DNA from: Elsinoe ampelina
Taxonomy: Eukaryota
Direction of reading: 5' to 3'
Assembly: GCA_010093995.1 (NCBI GenBank)
Contig: ML992502.1
Span: 1,344,711-1,408,710 of the forward strand
Length of the DNA stretch: 64,000 bases
The notes under the pieces: model-generated
Databases searched by the model: none
The model's input: only the letters and a program-made list of their open reading frames with translations
What the model was told of the DNA's origin: nothing
Shown here: piece by piece, positions 11,379 through 23,012 of the stretch
Layout of the letters: every line of letters begins with the position of its first letter
How positions within the stretch are numbered: position 1 is the stretch's first letter
Position numbers and translations under genes: made by a program

Positions 11379-11831
11379 ACATGATCGATGCAGCGCAGAT
11401 CGTGGATGAGATGCTGCAGAAGAAAATTTGGAATGATGGTCGTGACCTTTTTGTTAAGCTTTTAAAAGAGAAAGTTGTGATAGCGGATAGCTGGTTGAGC
11501 GTGAGGTGAAAGGGCAATCTAAAGGTTTGCCTCGAGCACATTGGTGGATCGGCCTAATTTACTATTCATGCTTGTCCGCACTAAGAGCCTGTGAGCGCAC
11601 ATGCTATCACAGTGCACGCAATACTGCGACCTTCTCCAGCGCCATATTCGCAAGCTGTACGATCGGCGCAATCATGCAGCCCAATGGGACCAATGGAACA
11701 ATTAGATAGGAATGCCCGACAGAGAACTTAATTTAGCAACCTTACCAGTGTGAAATATAACCTAAGGGTGGAGTGGGATGAAAGCTTTCATTTCTGTACC
11801 AAGTGACGTTTCGAATTTCAGCCGCAATGTC

Positions 11832-12091
11832 TGTCAGCCGAGGCAGAAGATACAACGCCAAGAAGGACCCTGATTCCGTGCACCTAAGGTTAAACTAAGC
11901 ACTTATCAACAGTTACACCAATTCATGATCAATTTAGACGGTTATTGTCTTATTCTGTTAAAACTTAGGAGTTCTGTCAATTTAGTTATCTCTTAGTTTA
12001 TTAGGTTAAGTATTTATATAGTAAGAATCTACCTAACCTTAGTGGATTAGGCAGTAATAAATCTCTTTCCCTCCCTACACACAAGTTAACA
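11832..12091 (+). repeat. 5' LTR (260 bp)
   Basis: TGTCAGCCG...CAAGTTAACA; direct repeat of 16902-17161. Confidence 0.95.
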
Positions 12092-14748
12092 GTTATAAGC
12101 CCGGTATAACTACCCCTACACAAGCAGTGTATTTAGTTGTCTTCCTATTCTATCTATTAGTTAATTCTCTATTATCTCGCTTTTCAAGTATTAGAATCTA
12201 TTAAGAACTGCCTTAACTACAACTACAGGATTTAGGTATTAACAAAGAGATAAACAACTATAGATACTAACATATTAACAGCTAGAACACCTATCATTCT
12301 TGCTACATTAGCTAAATAGGCTAGCTAGCTATATATTATTAAGACTAGAGCTTCAAACACTAAGATCTAGCACATTATTAATCCCTAGGAGACAGTTAAG
12401 CTAGAAGGGCTTCCTAAGCCTTAGAGGCTAGATATATCAGATTTCAACTTCTTAGCACTCTTCTAGATATACAAGGAGGAGCAAGCTTAGCATAACAAAC
12501 AGCATAAGGCCTTAGTAGATCTAGCTAGCCTTATTTAGTTATTAATTACACTATAAGTTCTTATAGTTATCTAACTAGAGGGAGATCCCTATCTATAGGC
12601 TATCCTTAGAGCATTAAAGAATAGATTTGTACTATCTAATACTATAATCTAGCTAGAAGTTAAAGCTCTCTAGAGGAGACAACTCTCTAGTCTATTATTA
12701 CAAAATATAGACTATTAGCTTTAGTAATAGGAAGAGGTTATAGACAAGGCCAGGAATTACAACCTACTAGAAGCTTAAGGCTTAAGGCTATAGAGAGACT
12801 TCTTACTCTCTATCTTAAGGACTAAACTAGCATTTGCTAACAAATATCTTATTAATCTAGATTTACTAACCCTGCTATTAATGCTCGAGTTAATTACTAA
12901 GTTTAGACAGTTTTATAAACTTCATAAGCTATATAGTAGCATAAAGGCTAGCAAGGGAGCAATAGTATTCCCTATAGCTACTAAGGACTCCTTACAAGAG
13001 AAGCCTAGTTCTACTAGAGAGCCTAGATATATATACTAGAAGCGGCATAAGTAGAGTAAGTGCTATTACTTAAATAAGTATCTAAGGCTAGAAGGATAGT
13101 TACTAAACTAATAAACCCTTAAGGAGGTTAAGCAAAGGCTTAATAACAAGGCCTTAAGGGAGAAGGTTAAAGCTATCCTTACTAAGGAGGCTTACCTTTA
13201 TAAGGGATTATCTCTACTAGTGCTAATTAATATAGCTATAACTGTTAGATTACACTTAGTATTTATCTTAGCTACTAGCAATATCTTAAGTTTATAGATT
13301 CTAGATTCTAGAGTAACTAATTATATCTATAATTATACTATAAAGGACAGATATAAGGTTACTAGACTTATAGAACCTTATAAGTAAATATTCTATAGTA
13401 ACACCTTACTTACTATTAAGAGTTAGAGATCGATCACTATTATAGCGATCTATAGGGGAAAGCTAGTAACTATCTAACTTACATAGGTGGCTTATGTGCT
13501 ATTAATAATGACTAATCTAGTTAGCCTTAGGAGGTTCCTAAAGGGTAGAGTCCACTAGAACACTTAAACTATAAAGATTAATTATAAAGGGAAGGTACTC
13601 TTCTTAGTAACTCTAAAGCATAATTAATATATAGTAGAGAATAACTCTAAAGCTCCTTATGCTATTACTATAGCTATAGGAGGCACTAGAGGTCCTTATC
13701 TATTAGTATTTACCTTAGTTATAACAAGGACTAATTAATCCTAGCATAAAGTTATAGGCTATCTAAGTATAGAGTCTATTAATTACCTCCTAACTACTAT
13801 AGTTAGTAGTAAACTAACTTTAACTAAGTCTAACTTGCATTAACTAATTTATCTTAGGTCACTATATTAGACTTGTAAGCTATTAAATACTTAGAAGCTT
13901 ATCTTAAGGAGCCCTAACACTAAGATTATTATAACTAAGCCCTTTAAAAGGATCACCTTTAACATTATTATTAATAGGTTCACTAGCTATAATAAGGCAA
14001 GGTATATAAGCTATTTTGCCTATAGGGCTACTAACTATCACCTTATAAGTAGTTATACTTATAGATATAAGATTAATAAAATCTGTATTAAGATAATTAC
14101 TTATATTAAAAGCAATCTTAGCTTTAAGGTTAGATTCGTCAGGAGTGACAATAAAGGGGCCTTTAGCCTTAGATTTACTATCTTCCTAGATAGTAAAGGT
14201 ATCTAAAGAGAGCTATCTACTCTATACACTCTAGCATAGAATAGTTATAGTAAAAGGATAAGGTCTATACTATTAAGGAGAGCAAGGGCAGTAGCTATCT
14301 TTGCTAATCTTCTAAGGGAACTACACCCTAAACTATATAGATTAGTAGCCTATCTAATAAATAGGACTCTACTTAAGAAGCTTAACTAGAAGACTCCCTT
14401 TAAGCTAGTTCATAGATGCCCTCTATCTATATCCTATCTTAGACCACTTGGATGCAAGGCTTATACCCTAGATTATTATATTATAAGTAGTAATAAGCTT
14501 ACACTAAGAGCATATATTAGTTATCTAGTTAGATATAACTTAACTAACATATTTAGGATCTTTATACTAGCCTTAAAGAAGGTTATTAGAACTAGGGATG
14601 TTAGATTTAATAAGACTTAGTTCTACAAGCTAGAGAAGTAGCCTTAGCCTTAGCCTATTAGACTACTTAATCTACTAAGACTACTATAGGAAGTTAAGAA
14701 GAATATACCTCAAACTAAAGGGGTGACTAAAGGCCTATCTATACTATA

Positions 14749-14797
14749 GAATCTAGTTTAGCATCTAGTTTAGTATCTAGTTTAGAATCTAGTTTAG
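14749..14797. repeat. 12-bp tandem repeat (GNATCTAGTTTA) x4 in the integrase-RT linker of the Copia element
   Basis: GAATCTAGTTTA GCATCTAGTTTA GTATCTAGTTTA GAATCTAGTTTA. Confidence 0.8.
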
Positions 14798-16901
14798 TAG
14801 ATTCTAACTAAGGAACTAAATAATTATAGTTTATTATCACAGTTATAGGCTTAATAGGCTCTATTACCTCCACTAGATAATTATAGTCTACTATTACAGT
14901 TATAGACCCTAGAGCTAAACCCGGCTTAGATCTAGGAGGCTACATCACTAGAACAGTTCTATAATGCTCTAGCCTCTCTACCCTTAATAGCTATATAGCC
15001 TTTACCTCTATCTAAAGCTAAAACTATAAGGAGTAAGGTAGAAGCCCTAGCTAAAGAGGTAACTAAGGAGCCTAAACAGCCTAGAAGAAGGATTACTATA
15101 AGGTTAGCTAACCTATTGCCTAAGCATATCCTTACTATAAGAAGGACTAGGAAACTAAGAAGGCAGGCCTATATTACTAGTCTTATATAGCCTTAGGAGG
15201 CTCCTAGATATTATTAAGCTTTTAATGCTTATCTATTAATAAAGCTAATCTAGCTAAAGCTAGAACTAAGAGATAATCTACCTCTACTACTAGCTAATAT
15301 TAGGGAGCTATAAGCTTATCCTTACAGGAAGTAATTCTAACAAGCAATAAAGGTAGAATTGCTTACTCTCTATTTAAAAGACACTTAGACTATTATACTT
15401 ATATCTTAAGCTATAGGGAAGCTAGTGCCACTAACCTAGGTCTTTATATATAAGACTAATAACAAAGGAGAAGTTATTAAACATAAGGTAAGGCTTTATA
15501 TAAGAGGTAATCTTTAATCTATAGATTTAGAGACTTATATAGCTACATTAGCTACTAAGATTTTTAAAATACTTATAGCCCTCCTTACTTACAAGGATAT
15601 AAAGGCTATCTAGATAGATATTGTTAATGCTTATATTAATAGTCCTATTAATAAGACAACCTACTACACTATTCTACCTAGATTTAAGCTTATACTAGAG
15701 GTGCTTATAAAGGACTATCCTAGTATAGCATTATCTAATATAATCCTCCTACTAAAGAAGATACTCTATAGCCTTAAATAAGCACTAGCTCTCTAGTATA
15801 TAGAATTTACTACTACACTAAAGAATCTTAGATTTACTTAGGCCCCTAAGGCTCTATACCTCTAGCTGACCCCTAAGGTAATAATCTTCTTCTTTGTAGA
15901 TAATATTACTATTATATACCTTAAGAAGCACAAGGGCAAGGCTAATACCATTATTGTAGCTCTATATGCCAAGTATAAGATAAAGGTTCTAGGGAATCTA
16001 AGCTAGTTCCTAGCTATCTAGATCATAAGGGATAGGCTAACTAAGAAGCTATAGCTTAGTTAAGCTTAGTATATCTAGTAGATGTATAGTAAGTTCATTA
16101 CAGAACTAATAAGGCTAGTCTTATTACTACTTCTAGTTAAAATGCTCTAGCCCTCTAAAGGCTAAGTATTACTATAGGAGATCTATCTATATTAGCAGAA
16201 GATAGGATCTATCAATTTTGCAGCTGTTATTACTAGGCCTAATGTTGCCTTTACTGCTTCTAGGTTGTTAGAGCATCTAATAAACCCTTTACTAACTTAT
16301 TAAAGAATAGTAAATAGAGTAATCTAGTATCTCTATAAAACTAGAGATCTAGCCCTTACCTTTGATAGCTTAATACTACTACTAATCTTCTAAGCCTTAT
16401 TAGATGCTAGCTTTAGAAGTTACCCTTTAAGGAAGAGCCTTTAGGGGTATCTATTTAAGCTGTTCTAAGGCTCTATAGATTAGAAAGCTATAAAGTAGCT
16501 AACTATTACTACTTCTAGTATAGAGGCTAAACTACTTACTCTTATAGAGACTACTAAGCAAACTATGTAGTAGAGGAGGCTAATAGCCTCTATCTATCCC
16601 CTAGAGCATATTAGCATTTAGTGTAATAACTAACAAACTATTAGACTTATTACTAGTCTAATTAAGAAGCTTAACACACGCCTTCGCTATGTTAATATCC
16701 ATTATCACTAGCTAAGACAAGAGATCAATCTATCTAGCCCTATCTTAGTGACATAGACTCCCTTAGTAGACACCTTAGCTAATAGACTAACAAAGTTACT
16801 GTCTCCTAGCAGGCATAAGGCCTTCTTATAGCAGCTATCCCTCGAGCTTATAGTCCACTAACTAGCAACTAACAGATTTAAAGCTATTTAGTAAAGGGGT
16901 G

Positions 16902-17161
16902 TGTTAGCCGAGGCAGAAGATACAACGCCAAGAAGGACCCTGATTCCGTACACCCAAGGTTAAACTAAGCACTCATTAACAGTTACACCAATTCATGATT
17001 AATTTAGACAGTTATTGTCTTATTCTGTTAAAACTTAGAAGTTCTGTCAATTCAGTTATCTCTTAGTTTATCAGGTTGAGTATTTATATAGTGAGAATCC
17101 ACCTAACCTTGGTGGATCAGGCAGTAATAAATCTCTTTCCCTCCCCACACACAAGTCAACA
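16902..17161 (+). repeat. 3' LTR (260 bp)
   Basis: TGTTAGCCG...CAAGTCAACA, preceded by the PPT and followed by TSD ATGTC. Confidence 0.95.
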
Positions 17162-17386
17162 ATGTCAGTCGGTCACGTGCCGAGTTCCACGCAGCATGTC
17201 TTGTAATCTCACGCCCAAATTTGTGACCAACACCTGTACTGTCCGCGATTCGACTTCGACGATGATGATGAGACGTTGGTGTGCCACTTCAGAGGGACCC
17301 ACGCGTCAGCAGTAGCTTGATCTATACTTTTGGCTGCTGGCCTGCCTGACTGCCCATCGCAACGTGTCGCATGCGTTGGCCACATC

Positions 17387-20300
17387 ATGGCCACTCAGCA
17401 ATCAGCCACTGGGATCGAGATAACGGACGACCCGAACGAGCTGACACAGGACGAGCACGATGAGACAAGCACAATCGAGCCCACTTCGGAGCAGCATAGC
17501 GTGGCGGGCGACACCTACTTAAACCACTCTGGTGTTCCGGAAGGGCAGGAGGCGGTGGAGTCACCTTCGAACAGCAACAGCATAGACGACAGCGTCAATG
17601 ATGCAGGCGAAAAGCAAGGTCAGCGCCGCAGCCAGGAAGAAGAACTTGCGCGCATCGACACGATTCCAATGATCAAGAGATTGGAGCGGCAAGACTCGCT
17701 CGTCTCCCATGCCTTTACGTCACACCGTCTGCATAGATTCACACTTTACGAGACGAATGCACGGTACTTCATCACCGGCGCCGATATCACCGACAAGTAT
17801 TACAAGGTTCTCAAAATCGACAGGACTTCGTCACCTGGTCAGCTTAATTTGTTCGAGGATGATATTGTCTACACCAAACATGAGATGCACCAGCTATTAT
17901 CCGCGATCGATGAAGGTAACAAGGCGACTGGAGGTCTACGGCAAAAATTCAGCTTCTGGGGTCTGCTTGGGTTTATCCGCTTCACCGAGGCTTATTATAT
18001 GGTACTTATCACGAAGAGACAACAAGTGGCCATGCTTGGAGGTCACTACATCTACCAGATTGAGGGAACAGAACTGGTTCCTCTTACCACTGGACCGAGC
18101 AGTCGGTTCGCTCAGAACCGCAACCCGGAAGAGACTCGATTCTTAGGCATACTTAGCAATTTGGACCTGACCAAGAATTTCTACTTCTCATACACCTACA
18201 ATATCTCTAGGACACTCCAGGACAACATTGTAAGAGAACGGATTGCTGCGGCAGACGGCCAACACAAGCCCATTCGTGATCACAATGAGATGTTCGTGTG
18301 GAACCACCACCTGTTGAGCCCAGCAATGAAGGTGCTTGAGAACATGTACGACTGGTGCTTGCCAATCACTCATGGGTTTATCGATCAGTCGTCTATCAAT
18401 GTATTCGGACGATCTATTTACGTCACTATCATCGGAAGGCGATCTCGCTTCTTTGCCGGAGCTCGATTCCTCAAACGAGGCACAAACGACTTGGGATACG
18501 TAGCCAACGATGTCGAGACCGAACAGATTGTATCCGAGATGCTGACCACTTCTTTCCATGCACCTGGGCCGCGGCTATTTTCAAATCCAACATATACCTC
18601 CTACGTGCACCATCGGGGAAGTATACCACTGTACTGGACGCAAGACAACAGCGGAGTCACGCCGAAGCCTGCAATCGACGTCAATCTCAATGATCCCTTT
18701 TACCAGCCCGCCGCTTTGCACTTTGACAACCTCTTTCGACGGTATGGATCTCCGATATACGTCCTCAATTTGATCAAGGCAAGAGAACGTACGCCCCGAG
18801 AGTCGAAGCTACTTCACGAATTCAAAAATGCCATCGACTATCTCAACCAATTCCTTCCTGACGAGAAGAAGGTTCAATACAAGGCTTTCGACATGAGCAG
18901 AGCTTCGAAGACCAGAGGGGGCGATGTGATCGGCACTCTTGAGAAGATATCCGAGGAGATTCTGGCAAAGACAGACTTCTTCCACAACGGTGATGCTATC
19001 GATGAAAAGCCTCATGTGCAGAACGGTATAGCCCGGACAAATTGTATAGACTGCCTGGACCGGACGAATGCAGCACAATTTGTGATCGGCAAGCATGCAT
19101 TCGGTCTGCAGCTCCAAGCACTTGGAGTCATCCCAACACCCCACATGGAGTACGACTCAGATGCTATTGATATATTCACTCACATGTTCCATGATCACGG
19201 CGATACCATCGCTGTACAGTATGGAGGCTCGCATCTGGTCAATACCATGGCGACATATCGAAAGATCAATCACTGGCAAGGGACCGGTCGAGACATGGTG
19301 GAGTCTTTCAAGCGCTACTACCACAACTCGTTCCTTGACTCGCAGCGACAAGAAGCTTACAATCTATTCCTCGGCAACTACATTTACGCCCAAGGTCAGC
19401 CAATGCTATGGGACCTGTCCACCGATTACTACCTACATCACTCCGACCCAAAGAGCCATCTCGACCGTTCTCGCTCCCGAAAGTCCTACATCGACTGGTT
19501 CCAGCCCAGCTACCTCGAAGCCCGCTACCTCCCACCTCCACCACCACCATCCTCCCTCGCAACCAAGAAATTCGGCGTCACAGACTACGACGACTTCTGG
19601 CTCGAATACTACCGGCCCCTCATCCTCTCCTCCTTCCTCAAAGTCTACGCCTATCGCCTATCCGCCAACAACCGCTTCCTCACCGACCGCCCAGGCCGCG
19701 ACTCCACCACCCTCGCCCTCACCCCTTCCCCATTCGTCCCCCGCCTCGACCCCAACCGTCCCTCCCCCGACAGCCCCGAGAAGAAATCCCGCAAGGGCGT
19801 CACCATCGTCGCGCCCAACTCGGAAGCCGAGGACGAAAAAGCCGCTTTCCGCGAACACACGCCCCATTCCCCGTCCAACACCCGCGACGCCGCCCCCGGC
19901 GGCACGGGCATCCTGATCCACCCCTCCACCCCCGTCCCGAGCAACATGCTCGACTCGGCCACCACGGCAGCCACGACACCCGGTCTCGACGGCGGCGGCG
20001 GCGGCGGCGGCGGCGGGTGGGGCAAAGAAGACAAAACCGTCATGAACACGTGGACGCTGAACCGGATTTACGAGAACAGTCTCAACCCGAGCGTCAGCGA
20101 GGTGGAAGCGGCTGAATATGAGCGGTACGTGAGCCACCCGTCCAACATCCCGCTTGTGGTGAGTGAGAAGGTCGAGGAGAGTGAGATTGCGGGGGAGTAT
20201 GAGGCGTGGGTGGCGACGGGGGGTGAGTGGGGGTCGGTACACACGGCAGGGCTGGGGATTGGGGTCGGCGCCGACGGGATAGGGGCAGGGATAGGGGCGG

Positions 20301-20506
20301 GTACGGGGACGTTGGGCTGGGAGGGGATTGAGGAGGAGGTGCTGGAGGAGTATGCTGATTTTGTGGCGTTGGCGGGGAGGGAGGATGCGTTGACTGTGTT
20401 TGATGAGGATAGGGATAAGAAGCGGTATAAGGCTTACAGGCAGTGGTTGGTCAAGGGGAAGAGTTTGTTCAAGCAGAGTAAGGTTGATCCGGAGTATAGG
20501 GTCTAG
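17387..20506 (+). CDS. FIG4: PI(3,5)P2 5-phosphatase Fig4 (SAC domain)
   Basis: RRSRFFAGARFLKRG.NDLGYVANDVETEQIV, HRGSIPLYWTQD, catalytic RTNCIDCLDRTNAAQ, QYGGSHLVNTM. Includes a (GGC)8 poly-Gly tract at ~19991. Confidence 0.95.
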   Translation: MATQQSATGIEITDDPNELTQDEHDETSTIEPTSEQHSVAGDTYLNHSGVPEGQEAVESPSNSNSIDDSVNDAGEKQGQRRSQEEELARIDTIPMIKRLERQDSLVSHAFTSHRLHRFTLYETNARYFITGADITDKYYKVLKIDRTSSPGQLNLFEDDIVYTKHEMHQLLSAIDEGNKATGGLRQKFSFWGLLGFIRFTEAYYMVLITKRQQVAMLGGHYIYQIEGTELVPLTTGPSSRFAQNRNPEETRFLGILSNLDLTKNFYFSYTYNISRTLQDNIVRERIAAADGQHKPIRDHNEMFVWNHHLLSPAMKVLENMYDWCLPITHGFIDQSSINVFGRSIYVTIIGRRSRFFAGARFLKRGTNDLGYVANDVETEQIVSEMLTTSFHAPGPRLFSNPTYTSYVHHRGSIPLYWTQDNSGVTPKPAIDVNLNDPFYQPAALHFDNLFRRYGSPIYVLNLIKARERTPRESKLLHEFKNAIDYLNQFLPDEKKVQYKAFDMSRASKTRGGDVIGTLEKISEEILAKTDFFHNGDAIDEKPHVQNGIARTNCIDCLDRTNAAQFVIGKHAFGLQLQALGVIPTPHMEYDSDAIDIFTHMFHDHGDTIAVQYGGSHLVNTMATYRKINHWQGTGRDMVESFKRYYHNSFLDSQRQEAYNLFLGNYIYAQGQPMLWDLSTDYYLHHSDPKSHLDRSRSRKSYIDWFQPSYLEARYLPPPPPPSSLATKKFGVTDYDDFWLEYYRPLILSSFLKVYAYRLSANNRFLTDRPGRDSTTLALTPSPFVPRLDPNRPSPDSPEKKSRKGVTIVAPNSEAEDEKAAFREHTPHSPSNTRDAAPGGTGILIHPSTPVPSNMLDSATTAATTPGLDGGGGGGGGGWGKEDKTVMNTWTLNRIYENSLNPSVSEVEAAEYERYVSHPSNIPLVVSEKVEESEIAGEYEAWVATGGEWGSVHTAGLGIGVGADGIGAGIGAGTGTLGWEGIEEEVLEEYADFVALAGREDALTVFDEDRDKKRYKAYRQWLVKGKSLFKQSKVDPEYRV

Positions 20507-20637
20507 AAGATCCCGGGGGTGATGAGGAGGGGGGCATAGCCTGGCGTTGATGGTTGACAGGGAATTCTGCTTTTCTGGCATATGGGCTTGGGTTCTGGAC
20601 TGATACGAGACTGATGACATGGAATTGTTCTTTAATC

Positions 20638-22548
20638 TCAGCTGCCCGTATCCATGGCCTGTCCGGCACGTTTGACCTCGTCCAATACTCCGTCGCCCTG
20701 TTTCCACCTTTTCTGCAGGATCATCTCTCCCCTTCTGGCTTTGCCTGCGTCTCGATTACGATATACACTATCGATGAATCTCACATCCCTCGGGCTGAGC
20801 AAGAATCGCCGCTCGCCTTCGAACCACTCCTCGAAGCTCATGCCGTGTGCCTTCTCAACGTTGGCGATCAGATTGGCTTTGGCTTCTTTCCTGGTCGCGT
20901 GGAACAGCCATTGATGGTCTCTGTACATTTTGGTTCGACACATGTTGTTTGGATAGATGGATTTGGCATCGAAAGTCTGCAGCGAGGGATGTGCCGCAAC
21001 AGCGCGGTTGAGGGCGGTGATACCACCTACAGAAGAGGCAGGGTCGGCCTCGGTCGAGAGGTAGGAGAAAGCAGATCCGCCGGCTGTCATGGGGACGTGA
21101 TCGAGGGATAGGTAGATCAGAGCAGGGGAGGCACTGATGAAGTCGACCAGAGAAGGAACAAGGTCGTCGTCGAGCCAGTTGAATCGGGCGGAGAGATCGT
21201 TGGTGGCGTAAGACTGGCCTAGGTCGAGGACGCGAAGAGAAGAATGGCCAACCGCTGCTGTCAAGAGTGGTATGACGGACGCAGTGGTGAGACCGCAAGA
21301 CGATAGCACTAACCGGTCGAGAGATGAACACTGTGCAATGCCAGGACACAGAAGCGGTAGCGACAGGCCGATAGGATTCAGGGACATATAAAGCGATTGT
21401 AGCCGGCAATTTGGCTGTGAGAGGAGGTTTGACAATGCCGCCATGGCCAGCGGCCCAAGTCCGTTGGCATTCAGATATAGGTGTCGCAGTGCGATAGGTG
21501 GGTTGCACTGCAAGTACTTTCCGAGCAGTGTGAAGAACTGAGCAGCACCCGCGTCGCTCAGCTCGGTCTGATCCAGATCGAGGGTCCTAAGATTCTTGGT
21601 CTGGGTCACCAGATGGAAAAGGTGCGGCGCTGCTGCTGGACCAAGAGGATTTCGTTTGAGCCAGATATTGGTGATGGCGCTGGACCGGACCCATGCGTCG
21701 ACGAGCATCCCAAGAGACATGGAGTCGATGCAATTGCCTGCAAGATACCATGTCTCGAATCTGTCGGGAAAGTCATTCACAAACTGGCTGATTGCCTGAG
21801 CACCAGCCGGACCAATGACATTATTGCCTAGCAAGAAGTGTTTGGTGAATGTGTTTGTCCTCAAGGAATGCATGAGAGATCCAATGTTGTGTGGTCCGAC
21901 CACTTTTTTGCATAGATCCAGCCTGCCATCTGAGTAGAGCACGCCTTTCTTATACTCTAGCATGTGTATGTTGTAATACGGCTCATGACCCTCCTGAGCA
22001 TCTGGCAGGTTGCCAAAGTCGTCGCCGTTTCCCGAGAGATGCTGGAAGAAGGGTTGTAGAGATTGAGCATCACTCAATTCGACAGGCATCGGCAATGCAG
22101 GAGGGCCATCGTAAGATACCGGATGATCGCGCTCATTCCAAGGTCCTTGCTCGATCAATCTGCAGGTCCAGCTTGTGGTCTGGCGCCTTTTGGTGGCATC
22201 TTGGATGTCTCTCTGCCGGTGGTTGACGACTGCAGCGCGAAGGTGCACGACATCCTTCTCATACTTGGAAATAGGGAGTGCGTGGCCGGGAATGACTAGA
22301 TCCGCCAGATCGTGAGCCAAATCGGAGTGTTTTGATCGCCTTCGAGGCAATCCCAGCACCCTGCTGTCAACACGAGCGTCCATCAGGCGGAGACCAGCGA
22401 CAAGATCGTGTGGTGACTTTGCAACCGCTGCTTCGACCAGAGCTGTTTGTGATCCAAACAAAGCTGCAGAGTCTTGAAGGTACTGGTCGATCTCATCTTG
22501 CGATGCCTCTTTGGGAGGATACTCAATGTATGGAGCTTTGACTCGCAT
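20638..22548 (-). CDS. RNI-like leucine-rich repeat protein
   Basis: Intronless 636-aa ORF with LxxLxLxxNxL repeats (FTKHFLLGNNVIG, FETWYLAGNCID, ITNIWLKRNPLG, LRTLDLDQTELS, LRHLYLNANGLG, LQSLYMSLNPIG) preceded by DGRLDLCK. Confidence 0.88.
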   Translation of the reverse strand: MRVKAPYIEYPPKEASQDEIDQYLQDSAALFGSQTALVEAAVAKSPHDLVAGLRLMDARVDSRVLGLPRRRSKHSDLAHDLADLVIPGHALPISKYEKDVVHLRAAVVNHRQRDIQDATKRRQTTSWTCRLIEQGPWNERDHPVSYDGPPALPMPVELSDAQSLQPFFQHLSGNGDDFGNLPDAQEGHEPYYNIHMLEYKKGVLYSDGRLDLCKKVVGPHNIGSLMHSLRTNTFTKHFLLGNNVIGPAGAQAISQFVNDFPDRFETWYLAGNCIDSMSLGMLVDAWVRSSAITNIWLKRNPLGPAAAPHLFHLVTQTKNLRTLDLDQTELSDAGAAQFFTLLGKYLQCNPPIALRHLYLNANGLGPLAMAALSNLLSQPNCRLQSLYMSLNPIGLSLPLLCPGIAQCSSLDRLVLSSCGLTTASVIPLLTAAVGHSSLRVLDLGQSYATNDLSARFNWLDDDLVPSLVDFISASPALIYLSLDHVPMTAGGSAFSYLSTEADPASSVGGITALNRAVAAHPSLQTFDAKSIYPNNMCRTKMYRDHQWLFHATRKEAKANLIANVEKAHGMSFEEWFEGERRFLLSPRDVRFIDSVYRNRDAGKARRGEMILQKRWKQGDGVLDEVKRAGQAMDTGS

Positions 22549-23012
22549 GATGAAGTGATGGAAATGTGTGTATTCGCCGTCCCTCGGAAGGATGTTCGAT
22601 CAACTTGTACCTACAATTCATGGCTGAGTCACGGCTGCGGTGCGGCGTAGTTGACCTGATTTCGGTAGATAGATGAGCAAAGAAGGTCGTGGTCGAAAGC
22701 GAAGGCAATGAATGACTCCGAATGCGGGCAGTGCTTCAGCTTGTTGTCGTCTTCGACCTCTCGTCCATGATCTTCATCGCCGTCAATCTCTCGACATCCG
22801 ATTCACAGTGACACGTTTCATCAGAGGATCTCGCGTGGCGTCTCACTTGTCGCTTGTCCTTGATACCGTTATCCGCTCGGAGCGGTGGGCGCCTGAACAC
22901 GGCCCAAGTGGCTGCTGTTGCCTGCAGTGACCCCTCCTCAACCTCTTTGATAAAAGCACACAAGGTAGGTCTTTTGTTGTCATTGAGCAGTAGCAGACCA
23001 CAGACTTCCACC

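Larger units (their letters stand above)
11832..17161 (+). mobile_element. Full-length Ty1/Copia LTR retrotransposon inactivated by RIP
   Basis: 260-bp TG...CA LTRs at both ends; 5-bp TSD ATGTC (11827-11831 and 17162-17166); PBS-like GTTATAAGCCC; PPT AAAGGGGTG. After mentally reversing RIP, motifs appear in Copia order: protease WILDSG (~13295), integrase VRSDN / YTPxQNG / LRPLGCKAY, RT MDIVNAY / LYGLKQ / FFVDD, RNase H SDASF / TSSTEAEL / RHVDIHHHWLRQ / ADGLTK. No ORF of 60 aa or more survives. Confidence 0.96.

Noticed and set aside
11832..17161. Dating the insertion from LTR divergence (17/260), or reading the AT-rich block as a centromere or foreign DNA
   Set aside because: All LTR differences are RIP-type transitions, so a molecular clock is invalid. 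RIP of a Copia element explains the AT richness.
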